From the NCBI GenBank assembly GCA_963823665.1, contig CAWGMQ010000010.1:2336001-2400000 (forward strand): DNA of 64,000 bases, in the 5' to 3' direction. Shown one piece after another: positions 21,221-32,523 of this stretch. The notes under the pieces were generated by a model that was given only the letters and a program-made list of their open reading frames with translations, was not told the DNA's origin and made no database searches. Source of the stretch: an uncultured Planctomycetota bacterium (GTDB lineage: Bacteria; Planctomycetota; Planctomycetia; Isosphaerales; Isosphaeraceae). Every line of letters begins with the position of its first letter. Position 1 is the first letter of the stretch. The position numbers and the translations under genes are program-made.

Positions 21221-21380
21221 GCTAGAAACACGCAAAGCCGCGCTTGGCGGAGTGCAAACGGCGCGCCGATTGCAGTAATGACGTGATGAGAGAATTGCTG
21301 AATTCGTGACGGAGGACTTGTCCTGCGAGGTCTGGTGACCTACGAATTAGTTAGAGCGGCGTACAAACCACCGACGGTCT

Positions 21381-21788
21381 TTGAGGATTATCAAGTCCGT
21401 GTCTGTATCACTGGTCAAGCATCTGGCTCGGCACTGGATCGGCAAGCTCGCCCACTACGGGCAGCACGGCAACGACGAGCACTGTGCCGCGCTGTTCGAG
21501 GAAGCCATCCGATACGCCGGTCTGCACCTGGAGAACGACCTCTCGCGTTCGCCGTACTGGTCGGCGATGCCGCTGCATCAACGAGCGATCGTCTTGTTGT
21601 TCCTGGTCGACCGAGCCGTTGTCGAGCGCGGCATGCGCAAAGGGCGTCGCGTCTTCGAGCCGCTGCCGCACGCTGAGTCGTGGGTCGAGAGCCAGACGAC
21701 GTTGCGACCCTACCTGAAGGAGACGCTCGAGCTGATCGCGGCGCTGCGGCGGGAACTCTTCCGGCGGGCGCATTCGCGGCATTTATGA
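21381..21788 (+). CDS. Hypothetical protein
   Basis: 135-aa ORF with GC3-biased codons; no recognised motif. Confidence 0.55.
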   Translation: MRIIKSVSVSLVKHLARHWIGKLAHYGQHGNDEHCAALFEEAIRYAGLHLENDLSRSPYWSAMPLHQRAIVLLFLVDRAVVERGMRKGRRVFEPLPHAESWVESQTTLRPYLKETLELIAALRRELFRRAHSRHL

Positions 21789-22820
21789 CAGCCCCGCCAG
21801 GGTGCCGCACGCGGCGTTGATGTCGGCGCCGCCGGAATATCGCCTGACTACGGGTTGTCGCAGTCTCCTCCCGAGCTCGTCGCGGAATTGGCGGAATTCC
21901 TCGAGGGTGGGCCGGAGGAATTCTCCGGTCGGATCGGTGACTTCGATCAAGTCGAGCCGCACGGGCGTGTCTCCGATCAGGTCGGCGAGCGCGTGAGCGT
22001 CGGAAGAGTCGACGTTCACGCCTGCGATGCAGACATAGACGAGCATCACGCGCTCGCGGCGCGCCAGCGCGTGCCGGCGCGCCGCGGCCATGACCTCGCG
22101 CAGCGGAGTGCGGGCCGCGACCGGCACGAGCCGCGCTCGTTTCACGTCGGTGGCCGCGCCCAGGCTGATGGCCAGGCGGAAGGGCCGGCTCTCGTCGGTG
22201 TAACGGTCGATCTCGGGAACGAGGCCGACTGTGCTGATGGTGATCGAGCGGGCACCGACCGAGGCACCGAAGGGACAGCGCAGCAGGTCGGCGGCGGCCA
22301 GGACCCGGTCGTAATTGAGGAACGGCTCGCCCATACCCATGAAGACCGCGCCGGTGACTCTGCGGCCCTGGGAGCGAACCAGGTCGCGTGCCTGGAGGAA
22401 CTGGTCGATGATCTCCCACGTCTCGAGGCTGCGGCGGCCGGGCATCTTCGCCGTCGCACAGAACACACATCCCATGGCGCAGCCGACTTGCGACGACAGG
22501 CAGACGCTCACGGCGCCGGGCTTGTGCAGCGGGATGAGCACGGACTCGACCGGCAAGCCATCGACGGTGCGGAAGAGCAGCTTCTGGAAGCCGTCGACCT
22601 GTGACGTGAGCGTGCTCTCGCAGACTAGCCTTGGCAGGGGTGCCAGGACTGCGTCACGAAGGCGTCGCGGGGTCTGGTATTCGCGTGCCCAGATCTTGGG
22701 GTCGAGGATGCCGCGGCCGACCACGGCCGCGACCAGCCCTCGGATCGATTCGTCAGGGACGTCGAGCGCGCGGGCCGCGCGGGCGAAGATCTCGGGCGCC
22801 ACGTTTCGGGGGTCAAGCAC
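21783..22820 (-). CDS. RlmN/Cfr-family radical SAM RNA methyltransferase
   Basis: CLSSQVGCAMGCVFC, MGMGEP, ISTVG, DINAACG. Confidence 0.88.
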   Translation of the reverse strand: MLDPRNVAPEIFARAARALDVPDESIRGLVAAVVGRGILDPKIWAREYQTPRRLRDAVLAPLPRLVCESTLTSQVDGFQKLLFRTVDGLPVESVLIPLHKPGAVSVCLSSQVGCAMGCVFCATAKMPGRRSLETWEIIDQFLQARDLVRSQGRRVTGAVFMGMGEPFLNYDRVLAAADLLRCPFGASVGARSITISTVGLVPEIDRYTDESRPFRLAISLGAATDVKRARLVPVAARTPLREVMAAARRHALARRERVMLVYVCIAGVNVDSSDAHALADLIGDTPVRLDLIEVTDPTGEFLRPTLEEFRQFRDELGRRLRQPVVRRYSGGADINAACGTLAGLS

Positions 22821-23080
22821 GGCGAAATCGCTCTTGAAGAAACTGGGCGCCTCGATAAAAAACGCTAACGGCAAGATACTCGCGGCGCAAACCGGGACAA
22901 ACCGTTACGAGCAAATGAATTCGGGTGAGGAACCGCCACGGATTGCAGGCATGGATGTCGGCAACCGGTCAAATTGCACTCAACCTTCTGAATATCTCGA
23001 TCGTAGCAAGGAAGTACTTTATGAACGACCCGGTTTCGGGTTAACAGGACTAGACAGCGATGACAGGAGAATCTCAAAGA

Positions 23081-24643
23081 ATGAAGCGCAATCCAGTTGC
23101 ATGGGCAGCTTTGATCGTATCGTCCGCGCGCTCGGTGAGCTCGACGGGCTTTTTGCGGCCGATGCCCGCCGCACCCAAGGTTACGGAAGAGAGCCAGCGG
23201 ACTGCCAAGGCACTGTCCGCGGCGTTCGGCGCTGTTGCTGAATTTGCCCGGCCTTCCGTCGTGCAGATTTCGGTACAAAAGAAGGCCGGCGCTGGCTTGT
23301 CCGGTAGTCTGCGGCGGTTCGGGACTCCGGCACCGCGGAACGGGCAGCCGGGCCAGCCCGGCAACCGTGATCTCGAGGAAATGCTGCGGCGGTTCTTCGA
23401 CGGCATGCCTCAGCGTGAGCAGTTCGGAACACCCGGCCGGGGCGTTGGCTCGGGGTTCGTGTACGACAACAAGGGCCACATCGTGACGAATAATCACGTT
23501 GTCGAGGACGCCGAGAAGATCGAAGTGACCTTCTCGGACGGCGTCGAGCTCAAAGCCAAGCTCGTTGGCACGGACAAGAAATCCGACATCGCGGTCATCC
23601 AGGTGGAGAACACCAGCGTATCCGCCGTTGCCGCGAGGTGACAGCAGCGCACTCAAAGTGGGCGAGTTGGTCATGGCCGTCGGCTCTCCGTACGGGTTTT
23701 CCCAGAGCGTGACGACGGGGATCATTTCGGCATTAGACCGCCACGCTGGCATCAACCAGTATGAGTCGTTCATCCAGACGGATGCGGCGATCAACCGAGG
23801 GAACTCGGGCGGCCCGCTCGTCGACATGAACGGTAACGTGATCGGCGTGAACTCGGCGATCGTTTCCGGCGGCAGCCTGATGGGCGGTGGCGGCGGCAAC
23901 GACGGGATCGGCTTCACCATTCCGATCAACCTGGCTTCGAGCGTCGCGAATATGCTGATCAAGGACGGCAAGGTCCATTATGCCGGCATCGGCATCTCAC
24001 TCGATCCGCTCACGCCGGAACTGGCCCGAACGCTCGGGATCAGCGACTCGACCAAGGGAGTGGCGGTGGGCACCGTCGTTACCGATAGCCCGGCCGACAA
24101 GGCGGGGCTGAAGCAGGGCGATGTCATCATCGGCTTCGGCGGCGCGAAGGTGAACGACGCCTCGTCGTTCATGCTCAAGGTCGCCACCAGTGAAGTGGCC
24201 AAGCCGTACGAGATCGTCTATCTGCGCGACGGCAAGGAGCACACCGTCGAGATCGTTCCGGCCGACTTCGACAAGCTGGCTTTCCAGAAGCCGAAAGAGT
24301 CGGCGCGCCGGCGGAAGAGCGGAGTGACGAAGGCGGAGAGACGCTCGCGGGCTACGGCCTGGAAGTGCAGCCTCTGTCGCCGGAGCTTGCCAAACCGTTC
24401 GGCATCCCGGCTTCGACGAAGGGGCTGATCGTGACCGGAGTGAAAGAGGATAGCCCGGCCGCGGAGAAGGGGATCCAGGAAGGGGACGTGATCACCAAGG
24501 TCGTGCGCAACCAGCAGCTTCAGCCGGTTGGAGGCGTGCAGGCCTTGAAGGATGTGGCGTCCAAGTCAAACGAGCTGGCGATCTTCGTCGAGACGCGCGG
24601 ACGGGGCGGCCACTTGATCGCTCTGTCGAAGTCGCCGAAATGA
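23081..24643 (+). CDS. HtrA/DegP-family serine protease with PDZ domains (frameshifts near 23615 and 24310-24360)
   Basis: TNNHVV, DIAVI, IQTDAAINRGNSGGPL, two SPA..AG/KG PDZ segments. Confidence 0.9.
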
Positions 24644-24723
24644 AGTAACGATGGGCACCGGGGGCTGGGGGGAGTGGTCGAAGCGCCGCCCCAGCCGCTG
24701 AGCGCGGCAAACCGTGGAAAAGC

Positions 24724-24761
24724 AAAGGGGACGGTCCGGTTACCCGGGCCGTCCCCTTTTT
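24724..24761. terminator. Probable bidirectional intrinsic terminator
   Basis: AAAGGGGACGG...CCGTCCCCTTTTT hairpin between convergent genes. Confidence 0.7.
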
Positions 24762-24949
24762 CTATCATTATCCAGATTGACCCGAAACCGCGGGGTCTAT
24801 TCGAGGAGCGTGTATTTCGAGTCGGGGGGTCCTTCCTGGTGGTAGTTGGAGTATCGACTGAGGCGATCCGGGAATTTGCACCAAACCCGCGGGGGTGCGC
24901 GCGCCTGCCGGAATAACCGCTACAGTCTGCCGCGAATGAAAGCGGCGAA

Positions 24950-26047
24950 TTACGAATGCCGTCCCGGGGCGGGGCTTTCTTGCGGAGCGCCGGCGGCCGT
25001 GCCGACGGGCTGCGGCTTGCCCTGGACAGTGTCGATGCGGCCGAAGATCATCCGGCCGGCGCTGGTTTGGAGCACACTTGTCACCGTCAGTTTGAGTGTT
25101 TCGCCGAGGTGGTAGGCGCCTTGCTCGGCGACGACCATCGTGCCGTCATCCAGGTAGCCGATGCCCTGGCCCTGCTCCTCGCCTCGCTTGAGCAGCTTGA
25201 CGGTGAGGCCCTCGCCGGGCAGGACGATCGGCTTCATGGCGTTGGCCAGGTCGTTCAGGTTGATCACCTCGACGCCCTGGAGCCGGGCGATCTTGTTCAG
25301 GTTGTAGTCGTTGGTGACAACCTTGCCGCCCAGGTGCTTCGCCAGCACAACCAGCCGCTGGTCGACCTCGCGAATTCCGGCGAGCTCGGGGATCTCGGCG
25401 TCGTGGATGCGGACTTCGATGCCCGGCGACTTCTGCAGGCGGTTCAAGATGTCGAGGCCGCGGCGGCCGCGATTGCGCCGGAGCTTGTCGGAGCTGTCGG
25501 CGATGCTCTGAAGCTCTTGAAGCACAAAACGCGGGATGATGAACTGCTGGTCGATGACCTTGGTTTCGGCGACGTCGGCGATGCGGCCGTCGATGATGAC
25601 CGAGGTATCGAGCACCAGCGGGCGAGCGCCCTTGATCTCCTTGGAAAACTCGACGTACGGGATGATGAAGCGAAAGTCGTCCTTGGTCTGCAACAGGGTC
25701 GAAATGCAGATGAAGCAGATGAACACCAGCATGCAACTGCTGCAGCGACGAAGTGAAGTCGCGGGTCGAGGTAGAGCTGCAACGTGGGCTGGAGTGTGTT
25801 GGAACAGCAGGTTGGACAGGAAGAATCCGACGATGAAACCGATGTAAATCGCCGAGATCGTCTGGATGCGTTTCCGTGGAGTGAGCACGTCGAAGACGAC
25901 CGCGACCACCGCCGCCAGCATGACGCCGACAAAGACGACAATTGCAAGATAGGGCTTGGCAAGTACTTCCCCGACAACCTTGGCGGCCAAGACCGCGAAG
26001 CCGGCGGATGCCAGGACGAAGACCGCCCGAATCAGCATCAGGAGCAT
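24950..26047 (-). CDS. PIN/TRAM domain membrane protein (YacL-like)
   Basis: [47 protein letters not shown]. Confidence 0.92.
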   Translation of the reverse strand: MLLMLIRAVFVLASAGFAVLAAKVVGEVLAKPYLAIVVFVGVMLAAVVAVVFDVLTPRKRIQTISAIYIGFIVGFFLSNLLFQHTPAHVAALPRPATSLRRCSSCMLVFICFICISTLLQTKDDFRFIIPYVEFSKEIKGARPLVLDTSVIIDGRIADVAETKVIDQQFIIPRFVLQELQSIADSSDKLRRNRGRRGLDILNRLQKSPGIEVRIHDAEIPELAGIREVDQRLVVLAKHLGGKVVTNDYNLNKIARLQGVEVINLNDLANAMKPIVLPGEGLTVKLLKRGEEQGQGIGYLDDGTMVVAEQGAYHLGETLKLTVTSVLQTSAGRMIFGRIDTVQGKPQPVGTAAGAPQESPAPGRHS

Positions 26048-26154
26048 AGCGATATCACCTTTTCCGCCCTTTCCCAGCGTTTCCATCCTGGACTACGTGG
26101 ACGCGAGCGCACCCCGTGTAAACGGATTGACTGAGCCGCCCGACCGCGAGATTC

Positions 26155-26664
26155 TCAAGCCGGCTGCCGGCTGAGCTCGTCCGTGATCCGGTCGTAGAAC
26201 TCATATAAACTCTCGATCAAGACCTTGGTATCAGCCAAAATAGGCATGAAGTTTGTATCGCCATCCCAGCGTGGCACGATGTGCCAGTGCAGGTGCCCGG
26301 GCAGGCCCGCGCCGGCGGATTTTCCCTGGTTAAGCCCGATATTATAACCCTGCGGTCGAAGACATTCGGTCGAGAACCACGGTCATTTTCCGGATCGTCT
26401 CGATCGGTTCAAGCAAGTCGCGAGAGCTCAGCTCGGCAAGTGTCTCGCGATGCGAGACACGGGGCAACGAGCAGATGCCCATTGTTGTACGGAAAACGGT
26501 TGAGGACCACGATCGTGTGCGATTCACGCAGGACGACGAAATTGTCTCGAAGGTTGTCGCCGGAACACGCCTGGCACAAGAAGCAACTCGACTGCGCCCG
26601 AGGCGACGACGCTGCGCTCCCGGACATACTGCGCGCGCCAAGGCGCCCAGATCCGGCTCAGCAC
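26155..26664 (-). CDS. HIT-family protein (frameshifted)
   Basis: IWAPWR, CFLC, LNRFPYNNGHLLVAP, GYNIGLN.G..AGAGLPGHLHWHIVPRW.GD.NFMP across frames. Confidence 0.88.
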
Positions 26665-26781
26665 GATCGTCGACTCCCGTGCAACATCAGGACGAGACCT
26701 TCCGAAGCGTGGTGCGCCTCAGCCACGACCAGCGGGCGGAAACGCTCCGCCGTGCGGGCCTAGGCCGCCAGTCGCAGCTTA

Positions 26782-26810
26782 ATCATATCAACGCAACGTC
26801 TTGTTGTCGC
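26782..26810 (-). promoter_or_regulatory. Putative sigma70 promoter for the HIT and PIN/TRAM genes
   Basis: Minus strand GCGACA-N17-TATGAT with extended -10 TG. Confidence 0.45.
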
Positions 26811-26905
26811 GAGTGCTAAACATTTTTGCCGGTGAGAGGCGGCTTCCCTGGGGGGGCGGTGCACAGCCCGGACGGGTGGGCCGGCACGTTTTGCTGCGGC
26901 CTGCG

Positions 26906-27687
26906 TCAGAGCAGGTGGCGATCCCAGACCGGGTAGAATTGGGCCCATGCTCTACCGACGATCCGATCGGCCGAGACGAGTACGCACGGGCCGACGCGTG
27001 TGGGTGAATCGCCTTCGTCGCGCGGCTCGACCAAGATCTGGTTGGGCGGAATCTTGAACCGGCACGTCTGCGGCCAGGACTTGAACCGGCCGGGCGACTG
27101 GAGCATGCGGCTCTTGCCGTCGACGACCCAGTTTCGCCCCGTCCATTCGACCTCGTCACCGGGAATCGCCACAACCTGTGCTGCGCTAGGCGCTTCCAGA
27201 GCGGAACTGATTCAACCAGACCCATTGGCCTTCCCGGGGGCCCTTCATACGATACGCAAAGCGGTCGACGAGAAAGCCGATACCTGTGTGGGAAGGCTCA
27301 AATTCGGGCCAGGCCATCACTGACAGCGCGTAAAACGACCGGCAAGTAAAGAACGAACGCGAGCGATACGGCCACGAACAAGAGCGCCCGCTTGGCAGGG
27401 AAGACCGGAAAGGACACCTGACCAAGGACATCGGTGACGGACGCGACGTGGGTGAGGTACGCGAGCATCAGAAAACCGCTGCCGGGAACCGTTCCCCAGG
27501 TCCAGAGCGCCACCATCAAAGCGGAGACAAATGATCCGAAGAACACCCAGCCGCGGTGTCGCTGGCCCCAGCGGTGCTGCAACAGCCCTGGCACCAGCAT
27601 TCCCAAGCCCGTGGAGAACCTGATCTGCCGACCACGCGAAGTCCAGCCCCATTCCGCGGCGGTGTCTCCCGTCAGGAGGCGCAACAT
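26906..27687 (-). CDS. S26 signal peptidase I-like membrane protein (frameshifted)
   Basis: PGL..H.WG TM region; FLVDRFAY, VVAIPGDEVEW, IVGRAW..YP of the S26 fold. Confidence 0.6.
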
Positions 27688-28094
27688 GATTCTCTCCTCG
27701 ATCCGACGACCTCGGGTCGCCCCAGTCGAGCTTCAGGCTTATGAACAAAGGTGAACAACAGTTGTGATTCCCGGTGCAGTGAATCGCAGAGACGGCGGCG
27801 GCGTCTGAGGGCCCCAGCGTTAGCCAGCGTGAACTCTTGTATTATTTCAGCGTCAAATCCAGAGATGCTGGACGGTATTAGTCGATTCGCAATTCCAGGC
27901 GGAATATTCCATGTTAACTGGGCGACCGGTCGGTCGGCCAGTGGCCGGCAGCGGAGGAGAGTGTGATTTCCTGTCATCGACCGAGAACCGATTCCCCAAG
28001 TGTATGCTGGTGGCGTATTCTCAGCACCAGAGACGCCTGACCTGAGGAGGCCAGTCACGAAACCTGCACGCCTCGCGCCGACATTCGTTATTTC

Positions 28095-28122
28095 TTGACA
28101 CGGCCATTCATTTTGATAGAAT
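28095..28122 (+). promoter_or_regulatory. Sigma70 promoter upstream of fusA
   Basis: TTGACA-N16-TAGAAT with TG extension. Confidence 0.65.
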
Positions 28123-28359
28123 GCTGTGCTCGCATTCATCAGCATTACACGGAAGCTTGGCATGCTTCACACCAAAATCGGCTAGATATCCGCTCTCGGT
28201 CGGTTCTGGTGTGCGTCCGAAATCCTCTTCGGCATGCCCCGTCAGTGCGTCTTGGAACGACGCACTGATTCAAACCCGGCTGAAGGACGTTGACTTGCGG
28301 CCCGTAGCTCCGGCCGAGGGCGTTCCACCCTCCGGACGGCGCGAGAGTGTATTTGGACC

Positions 28360-30450
28360 ATGGAAAATCTTCGTCTGGTTCGCAACATCGGGATCTCGGC
28401 GCACATCGACTCGGGCAAGACCACGCTGACCGAGCGAGTGCTCTATTACACCGGCCGCACCCACATCATCAAGGAAGTGAAGGGTGAGGGGGCGGTGATG
28501 GACCACATGGAGCTCGAGCGCGAGCGAGGGATCACGATCACCTCGGCTGCGACGACCGTCCACTGGAACGACACCAAGATCAACATCATCGACACGCCGG
28601 GCCACGTTGATTTCACGGTCGAGGTGGAGCGGTCGCTACGCGTTCTGGACGGCGCGGTGCTGGTGCTCTGCGCGGTGGCGGGCGTGCAGTCGCAGTCGAT
28701 CACGGTCGATCGCCAGATGAAGCGGTATGCGATTCCGCGCATCGCGTTCATCAACAAGATGGACCGCACCGGGGCCAACCCCGCCAATGTGATCCAGCAG
28801 CTCGAGAGCAAGCTGGGCCTGACGGCGATTCCGCTCCAGTTGCCGATCGGCGCCGAGTCGGGCTTCCAGGGCGTGATCGACTTGATCGATCGCGTGGCCA
28901 TCTACTTCGACGGCGACAACGGCGAGGACGTGCGCCGCGAGCCGATCCCGGCCGAGATGGTCGACGGCCGCCGAGCGTGCACGACAGGGAATGCTCGAGG
29001 CGCTCTCGATGCTTTCGGACGAGATCATGGAGCTGCTTGCTCGAGGAGAGCGAGGTTCCGCTCGATCTGATTCACAAGACGATCCGCGAGGGGACGATCG
29101 CTGCAGCAGGTTTGCCCGGTGATGATCGGCTCGGCGTACCGAAACAAGGGAATCCAGCCGCTGCTGGACGCCATCAACCGCTATCTGCCCAGCCCGCTCG
29201 ACCGCGAGGTCTATGCGAAGGATCACAACAACCTGGGGGCCGAGCTGCCGCTGGCTCCGGACCCTGATGCACCGCTTGTGGCCATGGCGTTCAAGCTGGT
29301 CGAAGAGCCGTTCGGCCAGGTGACGTTCATGCGGATCTACCAGGGCACTCTGGCCAAGGGGAACTTCTACTACAACACGCGGCAGCGCAAGCGAACGCGG
29401 ATCAGCCGGATCCTGCGCATTCACGCCGATCAGAAGGAAGACATCGATTCGGCGTCGGCCGGTGACATCGTGGCGGTGATGGGAGTGGAGTGCGCGACGG
29501 GCGATACGTATTGCTCGGAGGGTACAGACCTTTCGCTCGAATCGATCTACGCGGCCGAGCCGGTGATCGATCTGTCGATTCAGCCGCAGAAGCGTGCCGA
29601 TTACGACAAGCTCGCCAAGGCGCTCAATCGCTTCATGCGCGAAGACCCGACCTTCCGCGTGCACGTCGATCAGGAGACGAGCGAGACGATCATCTCGGGA
29701 ATGGGCGAGCTTCACCTGGAGATCTACGTCGAGCGAATTCGCCGCGAATACAAGGTCGATTGCACCGTGGGCGCGCCCAAGGTGAGCTACCGCGAGGCAC
29801 CGACCAAGGAAACGCCGTTCAACTACAAGCACAGGAAGCAGACCGGCGGCTCGGGCCAGTATGCCCACGTCGTGGGCAAGCTGATCCCGCTGGACCCGCA
29901 GGCGCCGGAGCCGTTCGTTTTCGAGAACAAGGTGACGGGCGGTCGAATTCCCAGCGAGTATATCCCCTCGGTCGAGAAGGGGTTCCGCGAATCGCTGCAC
30001 AAGGGACCCGTGGCCGGCTACGAGGTGATCGGCGTCCATATGCGGCTTGAAGACGGCTCGTACCACGACGTCGACTCGTCGACGATGGCATTCGAGATCT
30101 GTGCTCGCGACTGCTTCCGGGAGACTTTCCGGAAGGCCGACCCGGTGCTGCTGGAGCCGATCATGAAGGTCGAGGTGGAGATTCCGACCGAATTCCAGGG
30201 GCCAGTCACCGGAGCGATCTCGTCCAAGCGAGGCGTCGTACACGGTACCGAGTCGCGATCCGGCTACACCGTCATCAGCGCGGAAGTGCCGCTGGCGGAA
30301 ATGTTCGGGTATTCGAACGACCTGCGAAGCATGACGCAGGGCAAGGGAAGCTTCAGCATGGAATTCTGCAAATATCAGAAGATTCCATCGCGATTCCAGG
30401 AAGAGATCGTGAAGAAGGCGACCCTGGCCAAGGCGACCGCCAAGGCGTGA
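28360..30450 (+). CDS. fusA: Elongation factor G, spdEFG1/mtEFG1-like (indels near 28965-29110)
   Basis: [55 protein letters not shown]. Confidence 0.93.
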
Positions 30451-30726
30451 GCGCGGCGCGATTCACGTCGGGGGCGATCGTGCGCCGGGCGGACGACGCG
30501 GAGCGCCTTGTGGATTCATTCCCAGGCAGAGCGTGGGAACGAGATAGCGGCGGCACGTCCGCCGGAGGATCGCGCTCGGCGACGGACGCTTGATTGTCTA
30601 ATCCCGGCAGTTCTGACGGTGTCTTCTCGTGCTGGCGGGCGGACCGCCTAATTCCTTCGGAAGGGTGTTGCGAGCACCCTTACGATTGTCGTATGATGGC
30701 GCGCCAACGTCGAATTGGAGCCAACC

Positions 30727-31761
30727 ATGCGTCGTCGTCAACGTCTCGGGTTCACATTGATTGAACTGCTGGTCGTGATCGCGATCATTGCGATTCTGAT
30801 CGCGCTCTTGCTGCCGGCCGTGCAGGCTGCTCGGGAGGCGGCCCGGCGGATGCAGTGTTCCAATAATGTCAAGCAGCTCGGTCTGGCGGTCCACAACTAT
30901 GAGCTGTCGCTGGGCGGCCTGCCTCCTTCCGCGATCGTGGTTTCACCCTCACCGGGAACGCTCTGGACCAGCGACTTCGGCATATTCGCCCGCATCCTTC
31001 CGCACATCGAGCAAGGGAACATCTACAACTCGATCAACCTGAATTCGAGCTACGGCGACCCTGGCAACATGACGGCAACCGCGCCGGCGATCAACACGTT
31101 TATCTGCCCAAGCGAGGTTCGGTCGGACCGGGAAAACAACGCGACGTTCGGGATCGTGGGGCCAACCAACTATGGCTTCTGTCTGGGCGACTGGTTCGTC
31201 TGGGCCGGGCCAGCGCCGGGAGGGCCGGTCACGCGGAGCGCTTTTGGGCCGAACCTCAGCCGGCGCTGGGCTGCGTTCACGGATGGCCTGAGCCTGACCA
31301 TGCTGCTGGCCGAGGTCAAGAACTGGCAGCCGTACATTCGCGACTGCGGAATTCTGTCACAGATCAACAACCCGGCGAATATTCCGAGCCCCTACGCCGA
31401 CCCGGCAACCGTCTGTCCCGAGTATCAGGGCACCGGCTGCGCCTACCACCTGGAGGGCCACTGCGAATGGCCTGAAGTGGCCGTTCAGCATATCGGCATG
31501 ACAACCGCGTGGCCGCCAAACAAGCAGACGCCGGGGGAGCCCGGCTATTCCACTCCCGATATGGATATCACCAGTGAACGAGAGCGGATCGGCGGCCCGA
31601 CGTTTGCAGCGATCACGGCGCGCAGCTACCATCCCGGCGGCGTCAACATCCTGGTCGGCGACGGCAGCGTGCGGTTCGTCAAAAGCTCCATCGACGGGTT
31701 CGTGTGGCGAGCGCTGGGCACTGTTGCCGGCGGCGAGGTGCTGAGCACCGACGCGTACTGA
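30727..31761 (+). CDS. DUF1559 prepilin-type N-terminal cleavage/methylation protein
   Basis: GFTLIELLVVIAIIAILIALLLPAVQAAREAARR.QC.NN; SYHPGGVN...DGSVRF. Confidence 0.93.
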   Translation: MRRRQRLGFTLIELLVVIAIIAILIALLLPAVQAAREAARRMQCSNNVKQLGLAVHNYELSLGGLPPSAIVVSPSPGTLWTSDFGIFARILPHIEQGNIYNSINLNSSYGDPGNMTATAPAINTFICPSEVRSDRENNATFGIVGPTNYGFCLGDWFVWAGPAPGGPVTRSAFGPNLSRRWAAFTDGLSLTMLLAEVKNWQPYIRDCGILSQINNPANIPSPYADPATVCPEYQGTGCAYHLEGHCEWPEVAVQHIGMTTAWPPNKQTPGEPGYSTPDMDITSERERIGGPTFAAITARSYHPGGVNILVGDGSVRFVKSSIDGFVWRALGTVAGGEVLSTDAY

Positions 31762-31789
31762 CGGGTCGAGTCAAGCCGGAGACCGATTC

Positions 31790-32170
31790 ATGCGTCGGCT
31801 CGTGATGGGCCCGATCCTGCTGGCCTTCATGGTGGGTTGTGTGGGATGTGGCCGGCCCGCCGCTGAGACTCGCTACGATTCCGATGGAGCGCGGACGGCA
31901 CTCATCGCGGCGCTCGACGCGTGGCAGAAAGGCGATGCGAAATCGCTGGCGAAGCGCGAACCGCCGATCCGCTTCGTGGATGACGATCTGCTGTCGGGCC
32001 TGCGTTTGTCCGAATACGAGATCGAGGAGCCGGAATCGTCGATCAAGCTGCACCAAGACGTTGAGGTGATTCTGGAACTGCGCGACGCCCAGGGGAAGCG
32101 AGTTCGCCGCGAAGCCAAGTATCAGGTTGCGACCGAGCCAAGCCTGTCGGTGCTGCGCAGCGACCACTGA
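31790..32170 (+). CDS. Lipoprotein associated with DUF1559
   Basis: VGCVGC lipobox; AR.AL..ALDAWQ.G. Confidence 0.75.
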   Translation: MRRLVMGPILLAFMVGCVGCGRPAAETRYDSDGARTALIAALDAWQKGDAKSLAKREPPIRFVDDDLLSGLRLSEYEIEEPESSIKLHQDVEVILELRDAQGKRVRREAKYQVATEPSLSVLRSDH

Positions 32171-32523
32171 ACGGCTGGGACGGAGCCGGACCGGTTTCTG
32201 GCTGGGGTCGATCCGAGCAATGGTCACGCTCCGCACCGCGTTCCGTTATCTTCTGACCGCAGATGTCACATCGGGTGTAATCGTTCGTCAGATTGTTATT
32301 CGCGGGCGGCGAGCCACTCGATGTCCCAGAAGCCGTGGAACTTTTCAGCGGGATGAAGCGTCGAAAAGGACGGAGGACCAGACGTGGGCAAGGATTCCCG
32401 TGACCGGATTCGAGTGGGAAGGGGCGTAGTGCGCTGGGCGGCGGGCCGCCGACATGAACGGCTCCTTCGGTTGGATACCTTGTGACCGAGTATCTACCCT
32501 CCAGACATTCGAGAAAGGGCGCG

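Noticed and set aside
26760..26786. Minus-strand MIKLRLAA* resembling a tmRNA tag
   Set aside because: No tRNA-like acceptor or T-arm ends nearby, and it overlaps a plausible -10 element; likely chance
26793..26819. Perfect CIRCE half-site (GAGTGCTAA at 26811-26819)
   Set aside because: The second arm 9 bp away does not match TTAGCACTC; a lone half-site is not enough
28965..29110. Programmed frameshift or split EF-G
   Set aside because: Multiple nearby indels without a slippery-site signature; same pattern as the window-wide error background
28636..30243. Long antisense ORFs (also 8121-9374, 38563-40074, 16836-17987, 54907-56241)
   Set aside because: Shadow ORFs opposite well-supported genes, expected in high-GC DNA
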